Positions 7,992-16,773 of a DNA stretch of 32,000 nt are shown one piece after another. The position numbers were made by a program, and so were the translations under genes. Origin of the DNA: Candidatus Saccharimonadota bacterium (GTDB lineage Bacteria > Bacteroidota > Bacteroidia > Flavobacteriales > Blattabacteriaceae); NCBI RefSeq assembly GCF_033370915.1, contig NZ_CP104096.1, positions 105,340-137,339 of the forward strand, given 5' to 3'. The notes beneath the pieces were generated by a model that was given only the letters and a program-made list of their open reading frames with translations, searched no databases and was not told the DNA's origin. Each line of letters opens with the position of its first letter. The stretch's first letter is position 1.

Positions 7992-9418
7992 ATTTTATTA
8001 TCTTTTATACATAAAAAATTATTTAATATATTTCTTAATTTATCAGAAAAATAATAATTTTTTTTTTTTCTCATTTCATTTCTTATTTCATAAATTTTAT
8101 TTATAATTTTTTTAAAATTTATTTTTCTTTTTTTTTTAAATTTTAATCCTAAAATATCAATTAAAAATATTTTTATTAAATTATATAATTTATTTATATC
8201 ATTAAAATTTATATTTAATTCTTTATTAATACATTTATCTATAATATTATTAATTTTAAATAAATTATAAATTAATAAAGGAATATTAAAATCATCATTT
8301 ATTGATAAATAAAATATTTTGTATATATTATTAATATTTATATTTGATGAGGTTTTTAATTTTGGTTTAATTTTTTTTATTTTTTTTAAAATATTTAATA
8401 AAATTTTATAATTTTTTTCAGTATTAATTAATGATTTATTAGATATATTAATTATTTTTCTATAGTGAGTTTGTAAAAAATATAATCTAATAATAATTGG
8501 ATTTATTTTTTTATAATTAGTAATATTTAATTTTCCATTAATAATATCATTAGGTATTATAAAATTATTTAATGATTTACTCATTTTTTTATTATTAATA
8601 GTTAACATATTAGTATGTATCCAATATTTAGCTAAATTGTAATTGTTATTATTAATTATATTAGATTGTGTTATTTCACATTCATGATGTGGAAATTTTA
8701 AATCTATTCCACCTCCATGAATATCAAAATAATTTCCTAAATATTTATTACTCATTGTTGAACAACCAATATGCCATCCTGGCTTACCTTTTCCCCATGG
8801 AGATTCCCAATTCATACCATAATTTGATTTTTTCCATATTGCAAAATCATAATAATTTTTTTTTTCTTCAATAAATTTATTATTTAAATTTACTTCTTTA
8901 TTAAGGTCTATATTATTTAATATATTACCATAATTTCCAAATATTTTATTATAATAATTTATATCAAAATAAATTGATCCCTTATTTATATAAGCAAATT
9001 TTTTATTTAAAATTTTTTTAATATTTATAATTTGTTCAATTATATGTCCAGTACTTCTAGGTTCTATATTAGGTGATAAAATATTAAATTTTTTTAAAAT
9101 AAAATAAAAATTTAATAAATATTTTTGTATAATTTCCATTTGATTATTTACACAATTTAATTTTAATTCTAAATGAGTAATATCAGTTATATTTCTAATA
9201 TATTTTACTTTAAAATTTAAATGTTTAAAATATCTGTATAACATATCAAAAAATATAAATGTTCTACAATTACCTAAATGAATATAATTATATATTGTAG
9301 GACCACATACATACATTCCAATTTTATTATATTCAATAGGAATAAATTTTTCTTTTTTATTAGTTAAAGAATTATATATTAATATATTTTTTTTTGCATA
9401 ATTTTTAATAGTTTTCAT
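7988..9418 (-). CDS. cysS: Cysteinyl-tRNA synthetase
   Basis: 'MYVCGPTIYNYIHLGNCRTF' is the HIGH region. 'GWHIGCS' and 'DIHGGGIDLKFPHHECE' are present, along with 'KMSKSLNN' (KMSKS). Confidence 0.94.
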   Translation of the reverse strand: MKTIKNYAKKNILIYNSLTNKKEKFIPIEYNKIGMYVCGPTIYNYIHLGNCRTFIFFDMLYRYFKHLNFKVKYIRNITDITHLELKLNCVNNQMEIIQKYLLNFYFILKKFNILSPNIEPRSTGHIIEQIINIKKILNKKFAYINKGSIYFDINYYNKIFGNYGNILNNIDLNKEVNLNNKFIEEKKNYYDFAIWKKSNYGMNWESPWGKGKPGWHIGCSTMSNKYLGNYFDIHGGGIDLKFPHHECEITQSNIINNNNYNLAKYWIHTNMLTINNKKMSKSLNNFIIPNDIINGKLNITNYKKINPIIIRLYFLQTHYRKIINISNKSLINTEKNYKILLNILKKIKKIKPKLKTSSNININNIYKIFYLSINDDFNIPLLIYNLFKINNIIDKCINKELNINFNDINKLYNLIKIFLIDILGLKFKKKRKINFKKIINKIYEIRNEMRKKKNYYFSDKLRNILNNFLCIKDNKI

Positions 9419-9453
9419 TTTTATTATAAATAAAATTATTTTTTATAAATAAA

Positions 9454-10884
9454 ATGAATAATAAAGAATATATAAAATTAATATTAAAATCTAAATTAGC
9501 TGATTTTTCTAATATTAAAGGTTTTATGATACTTAGACCATATGGTTATAAAATATGGGAAAATATAAAAAATATTTTAAATAAAATGTTAATAAAAACT
9601 AAACATCAAAATGTTTATTTTCCTTTATTAATACCTAAAAAATTATTTTTTACTGAAAGTAATCATATAAAAAATTTTTCTAAAGAATGTGCAATAGTTA
9701 CTCATTCAAAATTTTTAATTAAAAATAATAAAATTATTGTTGATCCTTCTTCTAAATTAAAAGAAGAATTAATAATTAGACCAACTTCTGAAACTATAAT
9801 ATGGAATACCTATAAAAAATGGATACAATCATATAGAGATTTACCAATATTAATTAATCAATGGTCAAATGTAGTTAGATTAGAATTAAAAAATAAAATA
9901 TTTATAAGAAATTCTGAATTTTTTTTACAAGAAGGACATACAGCACATAAAAATAAAAAAGAAGCTATAAAAGAAATAAATAAAATAAAAATATTATATA
10001 AAAAATTAATAAAAAATTATTTATCTATTCCATACATTTCTGGTCTAAAAAGTAATTATCAAAAATTTTCTGGTGCAGAATATACATATTCATTTGAATC
10101 TTTAACAAATAATGGTAAATGTTTACAATTAGCAACTATACATTTTTTAGCTAAAAATTTTTCAAAAGCTTTTAATGTTACTTTTACTAATAAAAAAGGT
10201 ATTAAAAAATATGTATGGTCTACTTCATGGGGTGTATCTACTAGATTAATAGGTGCCATAATAATGATTCATTCAGATAAAAATGGATTAATATTACCAC
10301 CTAAAATTGCTCCTATTCATATAGTTATTATACCTATTATTAAAAAAAAAAAATATATTAAAAAAATTAATATTTTTGTAAAAAAACTAAAAATAATTTT
10401 AAAAAAATTTAATATAAAATATGATAATAATTTATATAAAACTCCAGGTAATAAATTTTATAAATATGAAAAAATAGGGGTACCTATAAGAATAACTATT
10501 GGTAAAAAAGAAATTAAAAAAAATAATATAGAAATTACTAGAAGAGATAATTTTAAAAAATATTATTATAAAATAAATAATAAATTATACAAAAAAATTT
10601 CAAATATTTTAAATAAAATACAAAAAAATATATATAAAATAGCTAAAAATAAAATGAAACAAAATATTTTTATAATTAATAATTATAAAACTTTTAAAAA
10701 AATTATTAAAAAAAAAGGAGGTTTTATTATATCTAATTGGGACAATAAAAAAAGTACTGAATTAAATATTAAAAATGATACTAAAGCTACTATTAGATGT
10801 ATAATAAATAAAAAAATTAAAGGTAAATGTATATATACAGGTAATAAATCATATAAAAAAGTAGTATTTGGAAAATCTTATTAA
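9454..10884 (+). CDS. proS: Prolyl-tRNA synthetase (archaeal/eukaryote-like type, as found in Bacteroidota)
   Basis: Class II motifs 'IIRPTSETIIW' and 'FFLQEGHTAH' are present. At 476 aa there is no bacterial INS editing insertion. The C-terminus ends in the conserved terminal Tyr ('VVFGKSY'). Confidence 0.92.
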   Translation: MNNKEYIKLILKSKLADFSNIKGFMILRPYGYKIWENIKNILNKMLIKTKHQNVYFPLLIPKKLFFTESNHIKNFSKECAIVTHSKFLIKNNKIIVDPSSKLKEELIIRPTSETIIWNTYKKWIQSYRDLPILINQWSNVVRLELKNKIFIRNSEFFLQEGHTAHKNKKEAIKEINKIKILYKKLIKNYLSIPYISGLKSNYQKFSGAEYTYSFESLTNNGKCLQLATIHFLAKNFSKAFNVTFTNKKGIKKYVWSTSWGVSTRLIGAIIMIHSDKNGLILPPKIAPIHIVIIPIIKKKKYIKKINIFVKKLKIILKKFNIKYDNNLYKTPGNKFYKYEKIGVPIRITIGKKEIKKNNIEITRRDNFKKYYYKINNKLYKKISNILNKIQKNIYKIAKNKMKQNIFIINNYKTFKKIIKKKGGFIISNWDNKKSTELNIKNDTKATIRCIINKKIKGKCIYTGNKSYKKVVFGKSY

Positions 10885-10890
10885 TGATTA

Positions 10891-10932
10891 AATAAATGAG
10901 TGAGTAAATTTACTCATTTATTTTTTTTTTTT
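10891..10932 (+). terminator. Rho-independent terminator-like hairpin downstream of proS
   Basis: An 11-bp perfect stem (aataaatgagt at 10891-10901 pairs with actcatttatt at 10912-10922) is followed directly by a T-run ending at 10932. It begins 7 nt after the proS stop. Confidence 0.6.
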
Positions 10933-11074
10933 AATTATTACTATAAAATCTTGTTTAAGAATTTATATAATAATAAAATGAGTGATTTTTAATCTTTTGA
11001 TATTATGAATATATCTTTTAGATTAAAATGATACAGTATTTTTAAATATTTTTTATATTTAAAATAAAGTATTT

Positions 11075-11986
11075 TTAAGAATTTTTTAATTTTTTTTTTA
11101 TATATATATAAATTATTTTATAATTATTAGGTTTAAACCATTTAATATTATTATATTTTTTAAACCATATAATTTGTTTTTTAGCATAATTTCTTGTATT
11201 TTTTTTTATTTCTTCAATACAAGAATTAATATTATTTTTTTTTTTTAAATATTTAAATATTTCTTTATATCCTATAGTATTTAATGAATTTAATTTTTTA
11301 TATTTATAATATTTTTTTGCTTCATTAATTAATCCTTTTTTTATCATTAAATCAACTTTTTTATTAATTTTATTATAAATTTTTTTTATATTTATTATTA
11401 ATCCTATTCTTATATATCTTTTAAATGGTCTTTTTATTTTTTTTTTATAATAAAAAGATGAAAGTTTTTTTTTTGTACAATATTTAAATTCTAAAGCTCT
11501 TATTATTTTTCTTTTATCTTTTTTATTATTTAACCAATTATAATAATTAATATCTTTTTTTTTTAATTTTTTTAATAAATATTCTAAATTTTTTGTATTT
11601 AATTTTTTTCTTATTTTTAATTTTTTTTTTTTTTTTATATTTGGAATAATATTAATACCTTCTATAATAGTTTTTTCATATAACCCTGATCCTCCTACCA
11701 TTATTATAACTTTATATTTTTTAAATAATTTTCTTAATAGTTTAATTACATCTTTTTCAAATAAACTAATATTATAATTATTTTTAATATTTAAATGACC
11801 TATAAAATGATGTTTTATTTTTTTTAATTTTTTTTTTGATGGTTTAGAAGTACCTATATTTAATTCTTTATAAAATTGTCTTGAATCACAAGAAATTATT
11901 TCAGTTTTAAATTTTTTTGCTAAATAAATTGATAATTTTGTTTTACCTATTCCTGTAGGACCTACTATAGAAATAAGTGTATTCAT
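11075..11986 (-). CDS. miaA: tRNA dimethylallyltransferase
   Basis: The P-loop start 'ISIVGPTGIGKTKLSIYLAKKF..EIISCDSRQFYKELNIGTSKPS' and 'MVGGSGLY' are present. The gene contains an in-frame A16 tract on the coding strand at 11621-11636. Confidence 0.92.
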   Translation of the reverse strand: MNTLISIVGPTGIGKTKLSIYLAKKFKTEIISCDSRQFYKELNIGTSKPSKKKLKKIKHHFIGHLNIKNNYNISLFEKDVIKLLRKLFKKYKVIIMVGGSGLYEKTIIEGINIIPNIKKKKKLKIRKKLNTKNLEYLLKKLKKKDINYYNWLNNKKDKRKIIRALEFKYCTKKKLSSFYYKKKIKRPFKRYIRIGLIINIKKIYNKINKKVDLMIKKGLINEAKKYYKYKKLNSLNTIGYKEIFKYLKKKNNINSCIEEIKKNTRNYAKKQIIWFKKYNNIKWFKPNNYKIIYIYIKKKLKNS

Positions 11987-12055
11987 TTTAAATCATTTAA
12001 ATATATTATATAAATATAATAATCTATTTAAATCATTTAAATATATTATATAAAT
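11987..12055. repeat. 29-nt perfect direct repeat (two copies, 11-nt spacer) spanning the aroC 3' end and the miaA 5' leader
   Basis: 'tttaaatcatttaaatatattatataaat' occurs at 11987-12015, directly abutting the miaA ATG, and again at 12027-12055, which is the last 7 sense codons plus the TGA stop of aroC. Confidence 0.85.
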
Positions 12056-13109
12056 TATTAAGTAAATAATAATCTAATATAACTAAAGATGCCATTGCTT
12101 CTACAATTGGTACTGCTCTTGGTAAAACACATGGATCATGTCTACCTTTTATTTTTATTTTTACTTTTTCTTTATTTTTATTTATACTATATTGTTCTTT
12201 TTTTATTGTAGAAACTGGTTTAAAAGCTACATTGAAATATATTTCCATTCCATTTGATATACCTCCTTGAATTCCCCCTGAATTATTAGTATTAGTTTTT
12301 TCTTTTTCATTTAATTGATCATTTAATTGTGATCCTTTTTTTTTAGTTCCTTTAAAACCACATCCATATTCAAAACCTTTTACTGCATTTATACTTAACA
12401 TTGCTTTACCTAATTCACTATGCAATTTATTAAATACTGGTTCACCTAATCCTATAGGAACATTTTTTATTACACAAGTTATTATACCTCCTATACTATC
12501 CCCTTCATTTTTTATTTTTTCTATTTTTTTTATCATTTTTTTAGCTATTTTATTATCTGGACATCTTATTATATTTTTTTCTATATTTTTTATTTTTATT
12601 TTTTTATAAGATTTATTAAGTTTAATATTACCTACTGAAGATACATATGCATATATTTTTATATTTTTTTTTTTTATAATTTGTTTAGCTATACTTCCTG
12701 CTATTACTCTACATACAGTTTCTCTAGCTGATGATCTACCTCCTCCTCTATAATCTCTTATATTATATTTTTTATAATAAGTAAAATCTGCATGAGAAGG
12801 TCTATATATATTTTTTATATTATTATAATCTTTAGATTTTATATCTTTATTATATACAATAAATCCTATAGGAGTACCTGTGGTAATATTATTTAATATT
12901 CCAGATAAAATTTCTATTTTATCTTTTTCTTTTCTTGGAGTTACTATTTTTGATTGTCCTGTTTTTCTTCTATTTAATTCTTTATTAATTTTATTTATAT
13001 TTATTTTAATACATGAAGGACAACCATCTATTATTCCACCTACTGCTACACCATGACTCTCACCAAATGTAGTAATTTTAAATATATTACCAAAAGTATT
13101 TCCTCCCAT
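12033..13109 (-). CDS. aroC: Chorismate synthase
   Basis: '[31 protein letters not shown]', 'RPSHADFTY', '[10 protein letters not shown]' and '[19 protein letters not shown]' are present. I place the start at the internal Met (ATG at 13109-13107), which matches the canonical MAGNTFG N-terminus. The track ORF extends to 13169, which would overlap divergent gyrB. Confidence 0.92.
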   Translation of the reverse strand: MGGNTFGNIFKITTFGESHGVAVGGIIDGCPSCIKININKINKELNRRKTGQSKIVTPRKEKDKIEILSGILNNITTGTPIGFIVYNKDIKSKDYNNIKNIYRPSHADFTYYKKYNIRDYRGGGRSSARETVCRVIAGSIAKQIIKKKNIKIYAYVSSVGNIKLNKSYKKIKIKNIEKNIIRCPDNKIAKKMIKKIEKIKNEGDSIGGIITCVIKNVPIGLGEPVFNKLHSELGKAMLSINAVKGFEYGCGFKGTKKKGSQLNDQLNEKEKTNTNNSGGIQGGISNGMEIYFNVAFKPVSTIKKEQYSINKNKEKVKIKIKGRHDPCVLPRAVPIVEAMASLVILDYYLLNNLYNIFK

Positions 13110-13160
13110 TATTTTTAAAAAAAAATTAACTATATTCTCTTTAAGTAATATTTTATTAAG

Positions 13161-15077
13161 ATGATACAATATACCGGAGAAAATATAAAATATTTAAATA
13201 GTATTGAACATATAAGAAAAAGACCATCTATGTATATTGGAGATGTAAATATAAATGGTTTACATCATTTATTTTTTGAATTATTAGAGAATTCATTAGA
13301 TGAATATTTAGAAGGTTATTGTAATAATATATATATAAATATAAATAATGATAGTTCTATTACAATTGAAGATGATGGAAGAGGAATTCCTATAGATACT
13401 TATAAAGACAATAAAAAAACAGCTTTAGAAATAGTAATGACTAAAATAGGAGCTGGAGGAAAATTTGATAAGTCATCATATAAATATTCAAGTGGTTTAC
13501 ATGGTGTTGGTTTATCTTGTGTAAATGCATTATCAAAAAAAATAATAGTAGAAATTTATAGAAATAATTTAATATATGAACAACAATATTCAAAAGGTTA
13601 CCCATTATATAATATAAAAGTAAAAGGTAAAACTAATAAAAGAGGTACAAAAATAAATTTTGTTATAGATGATGAAATTTTTATATATAAAAAATATAAT
13701 TATAATATTATATATAAATATTTAAAAGAAATATCATATATAAATAAGAAACTAAGAATATTTTTATATGATAAAAGATCAAATAAAAAAAATAATTTTT
13801 ATTCTATAAATGGTTTAATAGATTATATAAATTATATTGATAATAAAAAAAATAAAAATATTTTAAATAAAGATATTTATATAAATAAAGTTTTAAATAA
13901 TTTTTCTATTGAAATAATAATAAGATATAATAATTCTAATAAAGAAATAATTATTTCATATATAAATAATATTAATACTATAAATGGTGGTACTCATATT
14001 ATTGGTTTTAAAAGAGGTTTAACTAAATCTTTTAAAAATTATATAAAAAAATATAATAAAAAATTATATAATTTAAATATTAGTGGTAAAGATATAAGAG
14101 AAGGTATTATTGCTATTATATCAATAAAAATGATAAATCCTCAATTTCAAGGACAAACAAAAACAAGTTTAGTAAATAAAGAAATAATTGGTATAGTAGA
14201 AAAAATAATATTTAATTATTTAAAAAATTATTTAGAAGAAAATCCTAATAATCGTAAAAAATTAATAGATAAAGTAATTATATCATTTAAATCTAGAAAA
14301 GCTTCTAAAGAAGCTAGAAAATTATTATTTAATAATAATAATATTAATAAATATAAAACTATTAGTGGTATTCCAGGAAAATTATCAGATTGTACATATA
14401 ATGATCCAAATAAATGTGAAATATTTTTAGTAGAAGGTGATTCAGCTGGTGGAACGGCTAAACAAGGACGTAATAGAAAATTTCAAGCTATATTACCGTT
14501 AAAAGGAAAAATTTTAAATGTAGAAAAAGCTAAAAAAAATAAAATTTTTAAAAATAACGAAATTAAAAATATATTTTTAGCATTAGGAATATATTTAGAA
14601 AATAAAAAAAAACAAATTATTTTAAATATTAAAAAATTAAAATATAAAAAAATTATAATAATGACTGATGCTGATGTAGATGGTAAACATATAACTTCTT
14701 TAATATTAACATTTTTATTTAAATATATGGAAATATTAATTAATAAAGGTTATATATATATAGCTAATCCTCCATTATATATTATTAAAAGATATAAAAG
14801 AAAAATATATATATGGAATGAAAAAGATAAAATTAAATTTATTAAAAAAAATAAAAATAAAAAATTTTATATTCAAAGATATAAAGGATTAGGAGAAATG
14901 AATTCAGATCAATTATGGGAAACTACTATGAATCCTAAAAAAAGAATTTTAAAAAAAGTAATTATTAAAAATAATAAAAAAAGTAAAAAATTATTTAATA
15001 TTTTAATGGGTGATAAAGTTAAACCTAGAAAAAATTTTATAAAAAAATATTCTTTATTAGCTAATTTAGACATTTAA
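13161..15077 (+). CDS. gyrB: DNA gyrase subunit B
   Basis: '[14 protein letters not shown]'-type start, '[16 protein letters not shown]', 'DDGRGIP', 'GLHGVG', '[13 protein letters not shown]', '[12 protein letters not shown]', '[12 protein letters not shown]' and 'YKGLGEMN' are all present. Confidence 0.96.
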   Translation: MIQYTGENIKYLNSIEHIRKRPSMYIGDVNINGLHHLFFELLENSLDEYLEGYCNNIYININNDSSITIEDDGRGIPIDTYKDNKKTALEIVMTKIGAGGKFDKSSYKYSSGLHGVGLSCVNALSKKIIVEIYRNNLIYEQQYSKGYPLYNIKVKGKTNKRGTKINFVIDDEIFIYKKYNYNIIYKYLKEISYINKKLRIFLYDKRSNKKNNFYSINGLIDYINYIDNKKNKNILNKDIYINKVLNNFSIEIIIRYNNSNKEIIISYINNINTINGGTHIIGFKRGLTKSFKNYIKKYNKKLYNLNISGKDIREGIIAIISIKMINPQFQGQTKTSLVNKEIIGIVEKIIFNYLKNYLEENPNNRKKLIDKVIISFKSRKASKEARKLLFNNNNINKYKTISGIPGKLSDCTYNDPNKCEIFLVEGDSAGGTAKQGRNRKFQAILPLKGKILNVEKAKKNKIFKNNEIKNIFLALGIYLENKKKQIILNIKKLKYKKIIIMTDADVDGKHITSLILTFLFKYMEILINKGYIYIANPPLYIIKRYKRKIYIWNEKDKIKFIKKNKNKKFYIQRYKGLGEMNSDQLWETTMNPKKRILKKVIIKNNKKSKKLFNILMGDKVKPRKNFIKKYSLLANLDI

Positions 15078-15116
15078 TAATTTACCTTTGTAATATAATT
15101 TAATTATATTATAATT

Positions 15117-15187
15117 AGACTCGTTGTGTAAGGGGAGCACATCAGATTTTGGTTCTGATAGTTAAGGTTCAAATCCTTACGAGTCTA
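15117..15187 (+). tRNA. tRNA-Gln (UUG)
   Basis: Cloverleaf: acceptor AGACTCG/CGAGTCT, D stem GTGT/GCAC, anticodon stem TCAGA/TCTGA with loop TTTTGGT (anticodon TTG), 4-nt variable loop, T arm TAAGG-TTCAAAT-CCTTA, discriminator A. No CCA is encoded. The boundaries could shift by 1 nt, because T15116 could also pair with A15187. Confidence 0.85.
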
Positions 15188-16096
15188 TTAAAATACAAAT
15201 AAATTTTTATAATTTATTAAACCATTATAAATATTAATATTTTTTATAACTTTTTTATTAGCTATATTACATTTTAATAATTTTATATATCCATTTTTAG
15301 CACTAATATAAACATTTTTATTTTTTAATAATATTTTTCCATTAAAATTATTATGTTTATAATTAATAATTTTTATTTTATAAATATTAAATATTTGAAT
15401 TTTATTATTTGTATTTATAAAACACCAAGCTGGTTTATTATATGGTAATCCTCTTATTAAATTATAAATTTTATTTATTGAATAATTCCAATAAATTTTA
15501 GAATAATAATTATTTATTTTTGGAGCTAATTTTAATTTTTCTTTTGTTAATATTTTTTTTATAGTTTTTATTAAAAATTTTTTAGTTTTTTTAGATAATA
15601 ATTTATATAATTTTTTATATGTAATTTTATTATTTATATTTATTTTTTTTTGTAATATTATCTTTCCACTATCTATTATTTTATTTATAAAAAAACTAGT
15701 TAAACCTGTTTTTTTTTCTCCATTTATAATTACCCAATTTATTGGATTTGCACCTTTATATTGTGGTAATAATGAAGGATGTATATTAATAGTTCCTAAT
15801 TTAGGAATATTCCATATTTTTTTTTTTAAATATTTAAATGATATAATAATTAATAAATCAGGTTTTAAATTAATAATATTTTTAATATTTTTATATATAT
15901 ATTCACTATATATTATATTTATATTATTTTTTAGTGCTATTTTTTTTATTAAATTTTTTTCATTATTTATTATATTTTTTTTTGAAGTAATTATACTTTT
16001 AATAATTAAATTGTATTTTTTTTGATTTTTTATTAAATAATTTAATGAAGGTACACTAAAATTACCATTACTTAGAAATATTATTTTTTTTTTCAT
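15188..16096 (-). CDS. fmt: Methionyl-tRNA formyltransferase
   Basis: 'KIIFLSNGNFSVPSL' at the N-terminus and 'INIHPSLLPQYKGANPINWVIINGEKKTGLT' (Fmt SLLP motif region) are present. The ATG lies 1 nt downstream of the tRNA-Lys 3' end. Confidence 0.92.
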   Translation of the reverse strand: MKKKIIFLSNGNFSVPSLNYLIKNQKKYNLIIKSIITSKKNIINNEKNLIKKIALKNNINIIYSEYIYKNIKNIINLKPDLLIIISFKYLKKKIWNIPKLGTINIHPSLLPQYKGANPINWVIINGEKKTGLTSFFINKIIDSGKIILQKKININNKITYKKLYKLLSKKTKKFLIKTIKKILTKEKLKLAPKINNYYSKIYWNYSINKIYNLIRGLPYNKPAWCFINTNNKIQIFNIYKIKIINYKHNNFNGKILLKNKNVYISAKNGYIKLLKCNIANKKVIKNINIYNGLINYKNLFVF

Positions 16097-16097
16097 A

Positions 16098-16170
16098 TGA
16101 CATGGCTGGGATTCGAACCCAGGACCCTTACATTAAAAGTGTAATGCTCTACCAGCTGAGCTACCAAGTC
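16098..16170 (-). tRNA. tRNA-Lys (UUU)
   Basis: The reverse complement is GACTTGG-TA-GCTC-AGCTGGTA-GAGC-A-TTACA-CTTTTAA-TGTAA-GGGTC-CTGGG-TTCGAAT-CCCAG-CCATGTC-A. The anticodon is TTT. There is one acceptor mismatch (T4/T69). No CCA is encoded. Confidence 0.92.
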
Positions 16171-16257
16171 AATATAAATAAAATTAATATATTAATATAA
16201 TAAATATAATTTTTTTAAAAAAAAAGTAAAAATTTAATAATAAAGATTATTAATTTT

Positions 16258-16773
16258 GTGAAAATTATTTTAATTGGATATATGGGTAGTGGAAAAACTT
16301 ATATAGGACAATTATTATCATTAATAACTAAATATTTATTTTATGATTTAGATAAATTAATATCTATAAAATACAAAATGAGTATTAATAAAATATATAA
16401 AATATATGGAGATAATAAATTAAGAATATTTGAAAAAATAAATTTAAAAAAAATTTTATTTAATAATTATTTAAATTATTATATATTATCAGTAGGTGGT
16501 GGAACTCCCTGTAATTATAATAATATAAAATTAATGAATAAATTTATAATTACTATATATTTAAAAACTTATGAAATAATTTTATATAAAAGATTATTAA
16601 AAGATAATAAAAAAAGACCTATAATTTATTATTTACCTAAAAAAAAATTATTTAATTTTATTAAAAAACATATTAAAATTAGAAAAAATAATTATTTTAA
16701 ATCTAAATATATAATAAATACCAATTATATGAATTTTATTGATATAGCTAATTATATAAAATATGCTGTTTAA
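16258..16773 (+). CDS. aroK: Shikimate kinase
   Basis: 'KIILIGYMGSGKTYIGQLLS' is the Walker A at the extreme N-terminus, and 'LSVGGGTP' is present, at a size typical of AroK. The start is GTG at 16258, because the first ATG would delete the beta1 strand of the P-loop. Confidence 0.85.
   Translation: MKIILIGYMGSGKTYIGQLLSLITKYLFYDLDKLISIKYKMSINKIYKIYGDNKLRIFEKINLKKILFNNYLNYYILSVGGGTPCNYNNIKLMNKFIITIYLKTYEIILYKRLLKDNKKRPIIYYLPKKKLFNFIKKHIKIRKNNYFKSKYIINTNYMNFIDIANYIKYAV

Noticed and set aside
8668-8874. 68-aa ORF on the + strand
   Set aside because: It lies entirely antisense within the well-supported cysS, opposite its conserved and slightly GC-richer core, where stops are rarer. It has no recognisable motif.
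10059-10259. 66-aa ORF on the - strand
   Set aside because: It lies antisense inside the conserved catalytic core of proS. It is an artefact of local composition.
13110-13169. 20-codon N-terminal extension of aroC in the ORF track ([20 protein letters not shown])
   Set aside because: Chorismate synthases start at MxGNTFG. The extension would overlap the divergent gyrB start (13161). The internal ATG at 13109 leaves a sensible 51-nt divergent spacer.
15091-15111. A 9-bp palindrome (taatataat / attatatta, 3-nt loop) between gyrB and tRNA-Gln as a possible terminator or processing hairpin
   Set aside because: The stem is A-T only, has no T-tract and would be very weak. Palindromes of this kind are expected by chance at this base composition.
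16251-16258. A Bacteroidota -7-like promoter motif TAnnTTTG (TAATTTTG) upstream of aroK
   Set aside because: It overlaps the proposed GTG start codon itself. Such A/T-rich octamers arise by chance throughout this sequence, so a promoter cannot be supported from sequence alone.
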